From: Bacteroidales bacterium
GTDB lineage: Bacteria > Bacteroidota > Bacteroidia > Bacteroidales > P3
DNA: 57,127 nt
NCBI GenBank assembly: GCA_017958525.1
Contig: JAGDCN010000107.1
Coordinates: 1 to 57,127, forward strand
Direction: 5' to 3'
The notes beneath the pieces were generated by a model that saw only the letters and a list, made by a program, of their open reading frames with translations, had not been told where the DNA came from and searched no databases. Made by a program: the position numbers and the translations under genes. This document shows positions 29,145 through 38,459 of this stretch, one piece after another (positions within the stretch are counted from its first letter, which is position 1; each line of letters opens with the position of its first letter).

Positions 29145-30047
29145 ATGGGCGAGGATAGGAAAGGCCTAGTTTACGGTTTTTTATGTTACTTCATTTGGGG
29201 TTTGTTCCCACTCTACTGGCGGATGCTGGAAGAGGTTGATAGTTTCGAAATTCTGGCACACCGGATGCTGTGGTCAGGTATTTTTATGGTGTCTCTATTT
29301 GTTGGAATACGACGTGTACGTCTGCGTGACCATATCAAGTGTCCACAGCAATACTTGATGCTGCTGGTGACAAGTGTGCTAATCAGTTTCAACTGGGGAC
29401 TATACATATGGGCTATTAATCACGGCTACATTTTACAAAGTAGTTTGGGCTATTATATCAACCCGTTAGTCAATGTGTTATTAGGCTATCTTTTTTTGCA
29501 CGAGCGACTGAACCGAGCGCAGACCATAGCATTGTTGTTGGCGCTTGCCGGAGTACTATATTTCACCATCAACTATGGTCATTTCCCACTTATTTCCATT
29601 GGATTGGCATTCAGTTTTGGCATTTATGGACTTCTCAAAAAGAAGATGGGATTGAATGCGACACCTGCACTCACAGTTGAGACTATCTGGATGATGCCGG
29701 TGGCGATAGTATATATCACATTCCTATACGCCAATGGCCAGTCGGCAATGAACAGTTTCGAACCTATGACGTGGTTGCTGCTCCTGCTGGCAGGGGCCGT
29801 AACTGCCATACCCCTACTGCTATACGGTAAGGCTGCCGAACGCATAACACTGACAACGTTGGGCTTTCTACAGTATGTTTCGCCGACAGGCCAGTTTCTA
29901 ATAGGTATATTGATCTATAAAGAGACCTTCACGACGGCCCACATCGTTTGTTTCAGCAGTATCTGGCTGGGATTAATTATTTTCACCTTTGATATGCTGA
30001 AAAGAATGCAACCGAAAGGCAATGCTAAAGAGCCAGCGAAGAAATAA
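29145..30047 (+). CDS. rarD: EamA/RarD-family transporter
   Basis: 300 aa with 10 TM segments. The N-terminus GLVYGFLCYFIWGLFPLYWRML is typical of RarD. Confidence 0.75.
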   Translation: MGEDRKGLVYGFLCYFIWGLFPLYWRMLEEVDSFEILAHRMLWSGIFMVSLFVGIRRVRLRDHIKCPQQYLMLLVTSVLISFNWGLYIWAINHGYILQSSLGYYINPLVNVLLGYLFLHERLNRAQTIALLLALAGVLYFTINYGHFPLISIGLAFSFGIYGLLKKKMGLNATPALTVETIWMMPVAIVYITFLYANGQSAMNSFEPMTWLLLLLAGAVTAIPLLLYGKAAERITLTTLGFLQYVSPTGQFLIGILIYKETFTTAHIVCFSSIWLGLIIFTFDMLKRMQPKGNAKEPAKK

Positions 30048-31329
30048 GGGTTACGTAGTTGATGTAGTTTTCCAGTCCACAACGGTCGCAAGTGTCATCA
30101 GGGTCGTGATATCCGCCGTAGCGTTGTCCCATTGAAAGCAAGAAAACGGCCGGCATATGCTTGGAGAAATACCAGTGGTCGCTGTTGGGGCGGTTGGCGC
30201 GGGGACGGATTTCTGGTGCAATTTCAAGAGCATCGTTCAATGTCTTGAGCCGCTCATAATAAGGCTTTGTCTCTGGGGTTTCGGCATTAAAGACCATTAT
30301 GCCCTCATTCCCACCACAAAACATATCTATATTAATAAGCAAACGCACCTTGTTAAATTCAAAAACCGGATGGTCTGCAGCATATTTTGAGCCTTTCAAT
30401 CCAGCTTCTTCACCACTAAAAAAACAGAAAACGTGCGTATAATGAGGCTTTTCAGATACTGTGATACGTGCAATATCAAGTACGGTGGCTACACCACTAG
30501 CATTGTCGTGGGCACCGTAAAACACAATACTGTCACCCATAGTCCCAAGGTGGTCGTAGTGGGCTGTATAGACAATCATAGTGTCCACTTCGCCAGGAAT
30601 GTATCCATAAACATTCTGTGTCTGATAGTCAGGATTAAACTGTGTAAAAATGCCGCAGTTAATCTTTTTCACCTTGGCAGGCATCTCCGAAGCAAGAACT
30701 TCTATATAGGAATATCCGTGCTCATAGTCGGTCAAAGCCGGCGAATAGGTGCTGAGTTCGTACATTCCGACGATGATGCCACGGGAATTAAAAGGATTGC
30801 GCACCCGCAACTTATTTACTTCTTTCATAATATCCAATGCCACCCCAAGGCTGGACAGACACCATTTGCTGGCATCGATATAAACAAAAACGTCTTGCAG
30901 CAGGTCGTTGTTTTTTTTCAAGAACTTTTGCATTGCAACAGTATCAATCAAAACTTCAGCAGAGACAGAGATAACTTTGTAGTCACCCCACGAAGACTTG
31001 GACCAAGCAGGTACGCGGAATTGTTTATACGGTTCAAGTTTTTTCCCGTCAACCTTGAAATATAGTGGACCTTCCATAGAATGGGTGCTGAAAGTGTAGG
31101 ACTGGAAATAGTTGTCAATCAACGGTGCGACGTGCAAACGACGCAGCTCACCACGAATATATTCTGCAGCAATGCTGTCGCCCCTAAACGAATAACCACG
31201 TCCGTGAAACTGTTCGGAGGTTAACTTACGGAGCACCTGACGCATATAGTTAGTGTCCTGTGCTTTTAAATCAACACATTGGAGCCCGAGGAAAGAAAAA
31301 AATGCAGCGACTAATAATACTCTTTTCAT
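30025..31329 (-). CDS. M28-family metallopeptidase (aminopeptidase)
   Basis: Signal peptide. Metal-ligand motifs are HYDHLG, GAHDNASGVA and FFSGEEAGLKGS. Confidence 0.85.
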   Translation of the reverse strand: MKRVLLVAAFFSFLGLQCVDLKAQDTNYMRQVLRKLTSEQFHGRGYSFRGDSIAAEYIRGELRRLHVAPLIDNYFQSYTFSTHSMEGPLYFKVDGKKLEPYKQFRVPAWSKSSWGDYKVISVSAEVLIDTVAMQKFLKKNNDLLQDVFVYIDASKWCLSSLGVALDIMKEVNKLRVRNPFNSRGIIVGMYELSTYSPALTDYEHGYSYIEVLASEMPAKVKKINCGIFTQFNPDYQTQNVYGYIPGEVDTMIVYTAHYDHLGTMGDSIVFYGAHDNASGVATVLDIARITVSEKPHYTHVFCFFSGEEAGLKGSKYAADHPVFEFNKVRLLINIDMFCGGNEGIMVFNAETPETKPYYERLKTLNDALEIAPEIRPRANRPNSDHWYFSKHMPAVFLLSMGQRYGGYHDPDDTCDRCGLENYINYVTLISSLAL

Positions 31330-31348
31330 TGCGACTAAAGAATTGACA

Positions 31349-32959
31349 TTAGAAACCGGGGAACTGTATGAACAATGTCGGCAGAATCAAAAAGAAACCG
31401 ACAACAATGAGGAAAAGAATGAACTTCCACACCCATTTGAACCAAGTGGCATAGGGTATTTTAGCGATACCGAGACAACCAATAAGCACACCCGACGTTG
31501 GTGTGAGCATATTGGTGAAACCGTCGCCGAACTGGAAAGCCAGCACAACAGCCTGCCTTGATATATTGGTGAGGTCGGCAAATTGAGTCATAATAGGCAT
31601 CGTAAGTGCCGCTTTTGCCGATCCAGATGGCATAATTACGTTAAGCATTGTCTGGAAGGCATACATCGCCCCCATAGAAGTCACCTCACCAGCTTTTGCC
31701 AAAGAACGTGTAAGACCATACAAGATTGTATCTATCACCTTGCCGTCTCGGAGAATGAAGATGATGCCACTGGCGAGACCTACAACCAAAGCCGCAGACA
31801 GGATGTCCTTGCAGCCGGCAAGAAAAAGTTTGGCAAGTTCGTCGGCCCGCTGGTTGTCAGCAATGCCGGCAAGCAGACCCATAGCAAGGAAAAGCGCAGA
31901 TATTTCCATTACATACCAGTCGTAACCAAGCACTCCAACAATGAGATAAAAAATGGTAAAGACCAAAATGTCGAGGATGAAGAAGTGGACCGACTTACGA
32001 AGGGCGAAAAAACCTGTCAATAGGAAAAGTCCTGCAAAGACTGGCATCAGGCATATCTGCGAACTACCGTTGCCTACAGCTATTGTAGTTAAAGGAAAAC
32101 GAACTGCGCACCAAACCAGGACAGCGCCCAACAGGACATAGACTATCCAAGCCACACGCGGTGTGTGATAGACCACCTGCGACTCGGTCTGTTGCTGTGA
32201 ACGGTCGCGCCAGTAGGCATCCAGTTTATAGACAGGTGATTTTTCCGGTTTATTCTTAACACGTTTTGCATAAAGAAGAACAAAAGCAATACCAATGATT
32301 GTCAACACTATCCAGCAGAAGAAGCGATATTCAAGTCCAGAAAAGAGCGGCAGTCCGGCAATACCCTGCGCTATGCCTATTGTGAAAGGGTTTAGCATAG
32401 CACCGGCAAAACCGATGTGAGCTGCCATATAACACATACAAACACCAACGATGGAGTCATAACCCATCGATATGGCCAATGGAACAAAAACGACAACAAA
32501 GGCTATTGTCTCTTCGCTCATTCCAAAAACAGCTCCAAACAGGCTGAACATTATCATTATAAGCGAAATGATAACATTCTCCACTCCTATTTTCTGAAAA
32601 AAACGATAGCGGTTTAGCCGCTGCACCTTGCGCAGAAATGACATAACACCGATATCTATGGCGTGACTGTTGTTGAGTATCCAAAAGGCACCCCCCACCA
32701 TCAGGATAAAAATGATGATGTCCGCTTTGTCGCAGAAACCAGAGAATAGCGAAGAGAAAACCTGCCACGTCTGCGGCTGGCGATCAACATAGTGGAACGA
32801 GTCGTTCTGAACAACTTCACGTGACGTCACACTACCGTCAGCATTCTCTACATTGACGGTTTGCCTGACAAATTCGCCGCCCGGTATAATCCAAGTTAGC
32901 AGGGCGGCGAAAAGTATTAGAAAGAAAACTATAGAAAATGTATGTGGAATACGCTTCAT
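31349..32959 (-). CDS. yfcC: YfcC-family (DcuC-like) membrane transporter
   Basis: 536 aa polytopic protein. The N-terminus [30 protein letters not shown] is characteristic of YfcC. Confidence 0.75.
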   Translation of the reverse strand: MKRIPHTFSIVFFLILFAALLTWIIPGGEFVRQTVNVENADGSVTSREVVQNDSFHYVDRQPQTWQVFSSLFSGFCDKADIIIFILMVGGAFWILNNSHAIDIGVMSFLRKVQRLNRYRFFQKIGVENVIISLIMIMFSLFGAVFGMSEETIAFVVVFVPLAISMGYDSIVGVCMCYMAAHIGFAGAMLNPFTIGIAQGIAGLPLFSGLEYRFFCWIVLTIIGIAFVLLYAKRVKNKPEKSPVYKLDAYWRDRSQQQTESQVVYHTPRVAWIVYVLLGAVLVWCAVRFPLTTIAVGNGSSQICLMPVFAGLFLLTGFFALRKSVHFFILDILVFTIFYLIVGVLGYDWYVMEISALFLAMGLLAGIADNQRADELAKLFLAGCKDILSAALVVGLASGIIFILRDGKVIDTILYGLTRSLAKAGEVTSMGAMYAFQTMLNVIMPSGSAKAALTMPIMTQFADLTNISRQAVVLAFQFGDGFTNMLTPTSGVLIGCLGIAKIPYATWFKWVWKFILFLIVVGFFLILPTLFIQFPGF

Positions 32960-33903
32960 AACTTGGCTAGACAGTCAATCACATTCTTTTCAATTCGAGT
33001 TTTGATATCGGTGCAGTCATCGGCTTTGACAAATTTCTCACCAGTAATATGTTCATAAAGCTCAATATAGCGATCTGTGATTGAATTAACAATTTCGTCA
33101 GTCATTTCGGGTACCTTTTGTCCCTCTTTGCCTTGAAACCCGTTTTCCATAAGCCATTCACGCACAAACTCTTTGCTGAGTTGACGCTGATGTTCTCCCT
33201 TTGCCAAGCGCTCCTCATAGCCTTCTGCATAAAAATAGCGCGACGAATCGGGAGTGTGGATCTCATCAATTAGATAGATTTTACCATCACGTTTGCCGAA
33301 CTCATATTTGGTATCAACAAGGATTAGCCCTTTTTGTGCAGCGATTTCAGTACCTCGCTGAAATAGTTGAAGTGAGTATTTCTCCAATTGGTCGTAATCC
33401 TCTTTCGAAACAAGACCAGTGCGAATAATCTCTTCGCGCGAAATATTTTCATCGTGACCTTCGTCAGCTTTGGTGGTTGGAGTGACTATTGGTGTGGGAA
33501 ATTTCTGATTTTCTACCATTCCATCAGGCAGTTGGATACCACAAAGAACGCGATTGCCAGCCTTGTATTCACGCCAGGCCGAGCCGGCCAGATAGCCACG
33601 GACAATCATCTCAACCTTGAAACCTTCGCATTTAAGACCGACTGTAACCATCGGGTCGGGAGTGGCAAGTTTCCAGTTAGGAACTATGTCGGCTGTTGCA
33701 TCAAGGAATTTGGCTGCTATTTGATTGAGTACTTGTCCTTTGAAAGGAATTCCTTTGGGAAGAACAACATCAAATGCCGAAATTCGATCGCTGACAACCA
33801 TTGCCATATATTTATCGTCAATATTATAGACATCGCGTACTTTGCCCACATACAGACTTTTTTGTTTAGGAAAATTGAAGTTTGTTTTTACTATTGCTTG
33901 CAT
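32956..33903 (-). CDS. purC: Phosphoribosylaminoimidazole-succinocarboxamide synthase (SAICAR synthetase, long form)
   Basis: 315 aa with [18 protein letters not shown] and TPDSSRY motifs. Confidence 0.9.
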   Translation of the reverse strand: MQAIVKTNFNFPKQKSLYVGKVRDVYNIDDKYMAMVVSDRISAFDVVLPKGIPFKGQVLNQIAAKFLDATADIVPNWKLATPDPMVTVGLKCEGFKVEMIVRGYLAGSAWREYKAGNRVLCGIQLPDGMVENQKFPTPIVTPTTKADEGHDENISREEIIRTGLVSKEDYDQLEKYSLQLFQRGTEIAAQKGLILVDTKYEFGKRDGKIYLIDEIHTPDSSRYFYAEGYEERLAKGEHQRQLSKEFVREWLMENGFQGKEGQKVPEMTDEIVNSITDRYIELYEHITGEKFVKADDCTDIKTRIEKNVIDCLAKL

Positions 33904-33940
33904 AATCTAATTAGTTAATTCGAAATGATTTATAAAATTG

Positions 33941-34501
33941 TTAATCGTCGTTCTTATCTTTGTCCAATTTCATTGTAAACAGCGTGAAATTGACTTTGCC
34001 ATAGTTCCGATGCTGCCAGAAATGCGGGTGGTCTTCAAACGAGAATTCCTTAGGATGCTCAAGAATAAAGATACCGTCAGGGTTCAGAACGTCACTTTGT
34101 AAAACCAGATCGGGTATTTTCGACAAGTCTTGTAACGCATAAGGAGGGTCGGCAAAAATAATGTCGAATTTCTTGTAAGCTCGTTTTAACAAGTCGAAAA
34201 CATCGGCACGGACAACGTGTATGTTGTTAATATTAAACTGCTTTATAGCCGTTTTTATATAATCCGTGCAACTGCTGTTTATGTCTATGGCTGTCACGTT
34301 CTTTGCTCCACGTGATACAAATTCGATACTTACAGCTCCAGTTCCAGCAAAAAGGTCCATCACTGCGCAATCCTCATAGTCAACATAATTGTTTAGAATA
34401 TTAAACAATGCTTCACGCGCCATATCTGTCGTTGGACGGACTGGTAAGTTGGCTGGCGGATTCAATCGACGCCCCTTGAGGTTTCCGGCAATGATACGCA
34501 T
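33941..34501 (-). CDS. rsmD: 16S rRNA (guanine966-N2)-methyltransferase
   Basis: 186 aa with MRIIAGNLKGRRL, RPTTDMAREALFNIL and the DPPY motif (FADPPYA). Confidence 0.85.
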   Translation of the reverse strand: MRIIAGNLKGRRLNPPANLPVRPTTDMAREALFNILNNYVDYEDCAVMDLFAGTGAVSIEFVSRGAKNVTAIDINSSCTDYIKTAIKQFNINNIHVVRADVFDLLKRAYKKFDIIFADPPYALQDLSKIPDLVLQSDVLNPDGIFILEHPKEFSFEDHPHFWQHRNYGKVNFTLFTMKLDKDKNDD

Positions 34502-34507
34502 ATCAGA

Positions 34508-35335
34508 TTACGAAATTACTAATGCATACTGATAAGTGTGTATGTGCTGCATTTCAGGCACTGTGAGCGTTAGCGGGCGACCTGTATAAAGTACAACGGA
34601 ATCAAAATAATGTCTGAATGTGCTAAAAACATCGCGATCCACATCGCCACAAAGTGCCACCATCATACGCGAATCTTCGAGATGTAACTGTTTAGTTAGA
34701 CTCAAAGCATAGAAGATTGTCTCGTCAATGTTTGCGCAGTCATAAGTATTTGAAAGCAATAACTTTTTGTTACAAACAACAGTGAAATCGCTCTCTTTGC
34801 CGCGCATTTCTATAAGTATCATCGATTTTTGGTCGCTGTTTTCGAGGACAATGCTGTTGACCATTTTGCTATGCTGGCAACGTATCTTTATTCCCGGCAA
34901 CACAATCTTGAAAGCCGATACTATATTATTATCAGCACTGAAAACAATATTAGCTTTGATGTCTTTGTTGTAGTCTGTGTGAATGCTATATGTCGGTTGT
35001 ATCTTGCACAAGGTTTCAAGATAGGTACGCTGCATACTGTCATCATACAAATGTTGCGGAATCCATACGAATTGGTTACTTATTGTAATAAGTTCTGTCT
35101 CCTTTAATCCATATGGGTATATTTGTGCCTCGCCGAGAACGCCTTTGATGTCGGCCATCAATTCTGCTATCGGGGCTTGAAGGTTGCACTCTGCTTGACC
35201 TATTACAAGCAATTGGTCGAGAATGTCGGAGACGGAAAAAGAAAATCCATTTGGCGTAAGGCAAATGGATAATCTTTTTTCATATTGTGCAACATCTTTG
35301 TCAGATTGTACAAGGGTGTTGATTTTGTATGACAT
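34508..35335 (-). CDS. Hypothetical protein (DUF3822-like, commonly upstream of rsmD in Bacteroidetes)
   Basis: 275 aa soluble protein. The family assignment rests on remembered synteny and size, not on a motif. Confidence 0.5.
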   Translation of the reverse strand: MSYKINTLVQSDKDVAQYEKRLSICLTPNGFSFSVSDILDQLLVIGQAECNLQAPIAELMADIKGVLGEAQIYPYGLKETELITISNQFVWIPQHLYDDSMQRTYLETLCKIQPTYSIHTDYNKDIKANIVFSADNNIVSAFKIVLPGIKIRCQHSKMVNSIVLENSDQKSMILIEMRGKESDFTVVCNKKLLLSNTYDCANIDETIFYALSLTKQLHLEDSRMMVALCGDVDRDVFSTFRHYFDSVVLYTGRPLTLTVPEMQHIHTYQYALVIS

Positions 35336-35354
35336 TATTCAAAATTATTAAAAT

Positions 35355-35401
35355 AAAAAATTAAGAATTAAGTCAGCTTGCGCCGCACAGTTAATTCTTA
35401 A
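35355..35401 (-). terminator. Intrinsic terminator after the 241-aa membrane-anchored protein gene
   Basis: 11-bp inverted repeat TTAAGAATTAA/TTAATTCTTAA with a GC-rich 19-nt loop, followed on the minus strand by TTTTTTATTTT. Confidence 0.5.
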
Positions 35402-35420
35402 TTTTTAATAAATAAGTTGA

Positions 35421-36146
35421 TTATTCGAAGTTGCCTTCAGTGACAGGAGCAGTAATGTCACCGACTTTCCATCCCAGGAATTTGTTTTTATCCTTAAGGT
35501 CAGCTTTCTTGTTTATGAGCCACTGAGCGTCGCTGCCAGTAAACAGCTCGACAAATTTGTGGAATCCACCTTTGTTCTCAGCATTGGTATAGTCGGCATA
35601 AAGGTCATCAAGGGTTACATATGCTTCAAATGTAGGCAGTTTATCACCAGCACCAGAAAGCGAAGCAGCAACAGAATCGGCCTTGATGGTAAACTTTGTC
35701 TGCTTGTGAGTGTAGGGAACATATATGACATCGGCCAGCTGTTCATCAGTGAGGTTCAGTTTGCCGTCTTCACGCAATTTATCAAGTGGCACTACAAATA
35801 CTTCTTTCTGAACAATCCAGCCCTTACGGATGGCTTCCAATTCGGGCATATCATATACCGAGTCGGGTGCATTTTCGGCTTTTTCTTTCTTCATCACACG
35901 CTGTTCTTGTTTGTTAAGGTTAATCAGCAGAGTATCGAAATCGCCACAATATGTACCATAAGCTTGTTTATGAGCCTCTTCAAGGGTGCGAATAACTTTA
36001 AGTTTTTCGCCGCAGGCATCACGGCGTGTGAAGAACTCGGACTCGCGCTGCTGTGGGCGGTCAATGCAAAGGAAAATCATAATGATGAGGAACACGATCA
36101 AAAGACCGAGTGCGCTCTTAAGAATAATTGATCCAGTCTTGCTCAT
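35421..36146 (-). CDS. Hypothetical N-terminally membrane-anchored protein
   Basis: 241 aa with a single TM (LGLLIVFLIIMIFLCI). I recognised no family. It is bracketed by its own -7 box and terminator. Confidence 0.6.
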   Translation of the reverse strand: MSKTGSIILKSALGLLIVFLIIMIFLCIDRPQQRESEFFTRRDACGEKLKVIRTLEEAHKQAYGTYCGDFDTLLINLNKQEQRVMKKEKAENAPDSVYDMPELEAIRKGWIVQKEVFVVPLDKLREDGKLNLTDEQLADVIYVPYTHKQTKFTIKADSVAASLSGAGDKLPTFEAYVTLDDLYADYTNAENKGGFHKFVELFTGSDAQWLINKKADLKDKNKFLGWKVGDITAPVTEGNFE

Positions 36147-36190
36147 TTTTGTTGATATTTTATGTTTTTATTTTGCTTTATTTGAATTTG

Positions 36191-36198
36191 CAAATATA
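36191..36198 (-). promoter_or_regulatory. -7 promoter box (TATATTTG) for the 241-aa protein gene
   Basis: Exact TAnnTTTG match, 45 nt upstream of ATG 36146. Confidence 0.5.
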
Positions 36199-36347
36199 CG
36201 AATATTTATTGATTCAAAAAGTGTGTGACCCGAAAAAAAATATTACTCATTTTCAAAAAATTCATTAACAATTTTTTACAATATCAACAATGAGGTTTTA
36301 ATGCTCTGCTGATTACTGATTGATGAGTTTTTTTTATGTCACTTTCA

Positions 36348-37757
36348 TCAACTTTCGACTTTTGTCAGCCTGCTTTGCTCAAGGTGATGCAGAGAAACCT
36401 GACAGTCGAAATTATCGCGAATGTATCGGGCAATCTGTTCAGCACAATAGACCGAACGGTGACGTCCACCTGTGCATCCGAAATTAATCATCAGACGGGT
36501 GTATTTCTTTGCTATATAGCTTTTTATAGACTGTCCCACGATGTCGCGGACTGCATTCAAGTATTCAGCTGTCTCAGGGTGCTGCGTAAAAAAATCCTGT
36601 ACTTCCTTGTCGCGTCCATTAAGAAGGCGATATTCGTCATAAAGGCCAGGATTGGGCAACGCACGGCAGTCGAATACATACCCTCCCCCATTCCCATTTT
36701 TATCAAAAGGAATGCCATTACGGTATGAAAAACTAAAAATACTGACCAACAATTTTTCATCCTTATCGGCAAAGTCAGTCATTTCACCGATTGACTTCCA
36801 AACCGCTTCCAAATGTGGTATATTTATAGGCAGTTTAATACTTTCCAAAATATTGCGCATATTACGAACTGCGTAAGGGATGCTTTTAACAAAGTGCTCT
36901 TTTTTTTCTATAATACCACGATAGCCATAGGCACCCATTGCCTGCATCATTCGGACAAGCACATAGGCATAAAATTTCTGGACGTATGAATACTGGTTTG
37001 TATTCTTATCATAACGCTTATTGATATAATAATCAAGTAGTTGATGTCTAATTATGTCTGATATGTCTGCTTTTGAACTATAGAGCAGCGAAGCCAGATC
37101 GTATTCGGCAGCACCTTTACGTGCTCCTTGAAAGTCAATTATATAAAGATTATCATCATTAATCATTATGTTCCGCGACTGAAAATCGCGGTGCACAAAG
37201 CAATTTGTGTCGCCTTCCAATAGATATTGTATAAAAATCTGGAAATCGTTTTCAAGAGCTTGTTCATCGAAATGGATGTGGAAAAGCTGCAAAAAATAGT
37301 ATTTGAAATAGTTTAAATCCCACTGGATGGCTTGATGGTCGAAATTGGGACGAGGATATGCCATCGAGAAATCAATATCGCTGCAGGTGTCCTGCAAATT
37401 AATTAATTGGTCGATAGCCTGCTGATATAATTTTATGGTTGGTTGTGTTATGTCTATGCCGCTAGTTTTGCGTGAACTCAAGTATGTATAGATGGTTACA
37501 TTTCCCAAATCTTGCTGCAGATAGGTGGTCTGGTCCTCACTAATGGCATAAACCTCAGGCACATTGATATTTCTGTTTTTTAGCTGTTCGGCAAAATGAA
37601 AGAAAGCCTGGTTCTCACGAACATTGGCGTTAAAGGCTCCTATGCAATGTTTTGTTTCTCCTTCCAGTCTGTAATATAAACGATTGCTTCCATTGGCAGT
37701 AATCTGTATTTTATTCATGCAAGGTTCACCAGCCCATTGTTCAAATAGTTTTTCCAT
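36348..37757 (-). CDS. Fusion protein: AmgK/APH-type (sugar) kinase domain plus RapZ C-terminal domain
   Basis: 469 aa. The N-terminal part has HRDFQSRNIMI and IIDFQGARKGAAEYDLASLL (APH/ChoK fold, AmgK-like). The C-terminal ~130 aa has YVFDCRALPNPG and INFGCTGGRHRSVYCAEQIA, the RapZ/YhbJ C-terminal signature. Confidence 0.75.
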   Translation of the reverse strand: MEKLFEQWAGEPCMNKIQITANGSNRLYYRLEGETKHCIGAFNANVRENQAFFHFAEQLKNRNINVPEVYAISEDQTTYLQQDLGNVTIYTYLSSRKTSGIDITQPTIKLYQQAIDQLINLQDTCSDIDFSMAYPRPNFDHQAIQWDLNYFKYYFLQLFHIHFDEQALENDFQIFIQYLLEGDTNCFVHRDFQSRNIMINDDNLYIIDFQGARKGAAEYDLASLLYSSKADISDIIRHQLLDYYINKRYDKNTNQYSYVQKFYAYVLVRMMQAMGAYGYRGIIEKKEHFVKSIPYAVRNMRNILESIKLPINIPHLEAVWKSIGEMTDFADKDEKLLVSIFSFSYRNGIPFDKNGNGGGYVFDCRALPNPGLYDEYRLLNGRDKEVQDFFTQHPETAEYLNAVRDIVGQSIKSYIAKKYTRLMINFGCTGGRHRSVYCAEQIARYIRDNFDCQVSLHHLEQSRLTKVES

Positions 37758-37824
37758 TATAAATGTGGTTTCAAAGTTTTTTATAAAAATATGAATATAT
37801 GAATAATAGAAATAAAGGTTGTCC

Positions 37825-38007
37825 TTATTTCAACGCCCTCACCATCCTAATTAACGCCACAGTTAACCCTAGTGCAGCAAAAAGTATTGTTAAAAGAGGG
37901 AAATTGGCACCACGACGGCGGTCAATAGCGACACCACCCCATACAGCGGCGCCTATAATGACTGCCATTTCAATTCCAAGTGATGAATATCTAACCCAGT
38001 CTTTCAT
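37825..38007 (-). CDS. AtpZ/AtpI-like small membrane protein
   Basis: 60 aa with two TM helices and the pattern YSSLGIEMAVIIGAAVWGGVAIDRR. Confidence 0.55.
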   Translation of the reverse strand: MKDWVRYSSLGIEMAVIIGAAVWGGVAIDRRRGANFPLLTILFAALGLTVALIRMVRALK

Positions 38008-38023
38008 TCAAACAACAAGACCA

Positions 38024-38395
38024 TTATGCGTTGGTCTCTTCGTTCTCCTTGCGCACCTCGTCGAGCATACGGCACGAGCCTGAAAACGTAGCACCAGGTT
38101 CGATGCTAAGGCGGTTGATCAAGATGTCGCCCTTCACATTAGCGGTATTGTTCAACGAGAGCAACTCCTTGACCGAAATGTTGCCGTCAACGCGTCCGAT
38201 TATATTGGCGTTCTGGCACACAACATTTCCTTTAATAAACCCTGATTCACCGACAACTAATTTTCCGTTAAGTGTTATGTTACCTTCCAGTGTACCGTCT
38301 AAACGGAAGTCTCCGACAGCACTTATCGTGCCTTTGATTGTTGTGCCTTTAGCAATTGTGTTGATAGTGTTTTCCATTTCTGCAAATTTTGCCAT
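38024..38395 (-). CDS. Bactofilin-family cytoskeletal protein
   Basis: 123 aa with repetitive beta-helix pattern (IKGTISAVGDFRLDGTLEGNITLNGKLVVGESGFIKGNV). Confidence 0.85.
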   Translation of the reverse strand: MAKFAEMENTINTIAKGTTIKGTISAVGDFRLDGTLEGNITLNGKLVVGESGFIKGNVVCQNANIIGRVDGNISVKELLSLNNTANVKGDILINRLSIEPGATFSGSCRMLDEVRKENEETNA

Positions 38396-38459
38396 TGAGA
38401 TTATGTGTTAATTATTGATTTAATTCTTTGATAACCATTTGCTATTTGTCACTCATCTT

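Noticed and set aside
32805-32825. parS-like sequence TTCACGTGA (and other CACGTG sites) checked because parAB is present
   Set aside because: Only 9 of 16 positions match TGTTTCACGTGAAACA and the flanks are not palindromic. I found no convincing parS in the window by eye.
35340-35347. TAATTTTG -7 box only 5 nt upstream of the DUF3822-like ATG
   Set aside because: The spacing would place the TSS on or inside the start codon. This could be a leaderless mRNA, but it is more likely a chance match, so it is not reported as a promoter.
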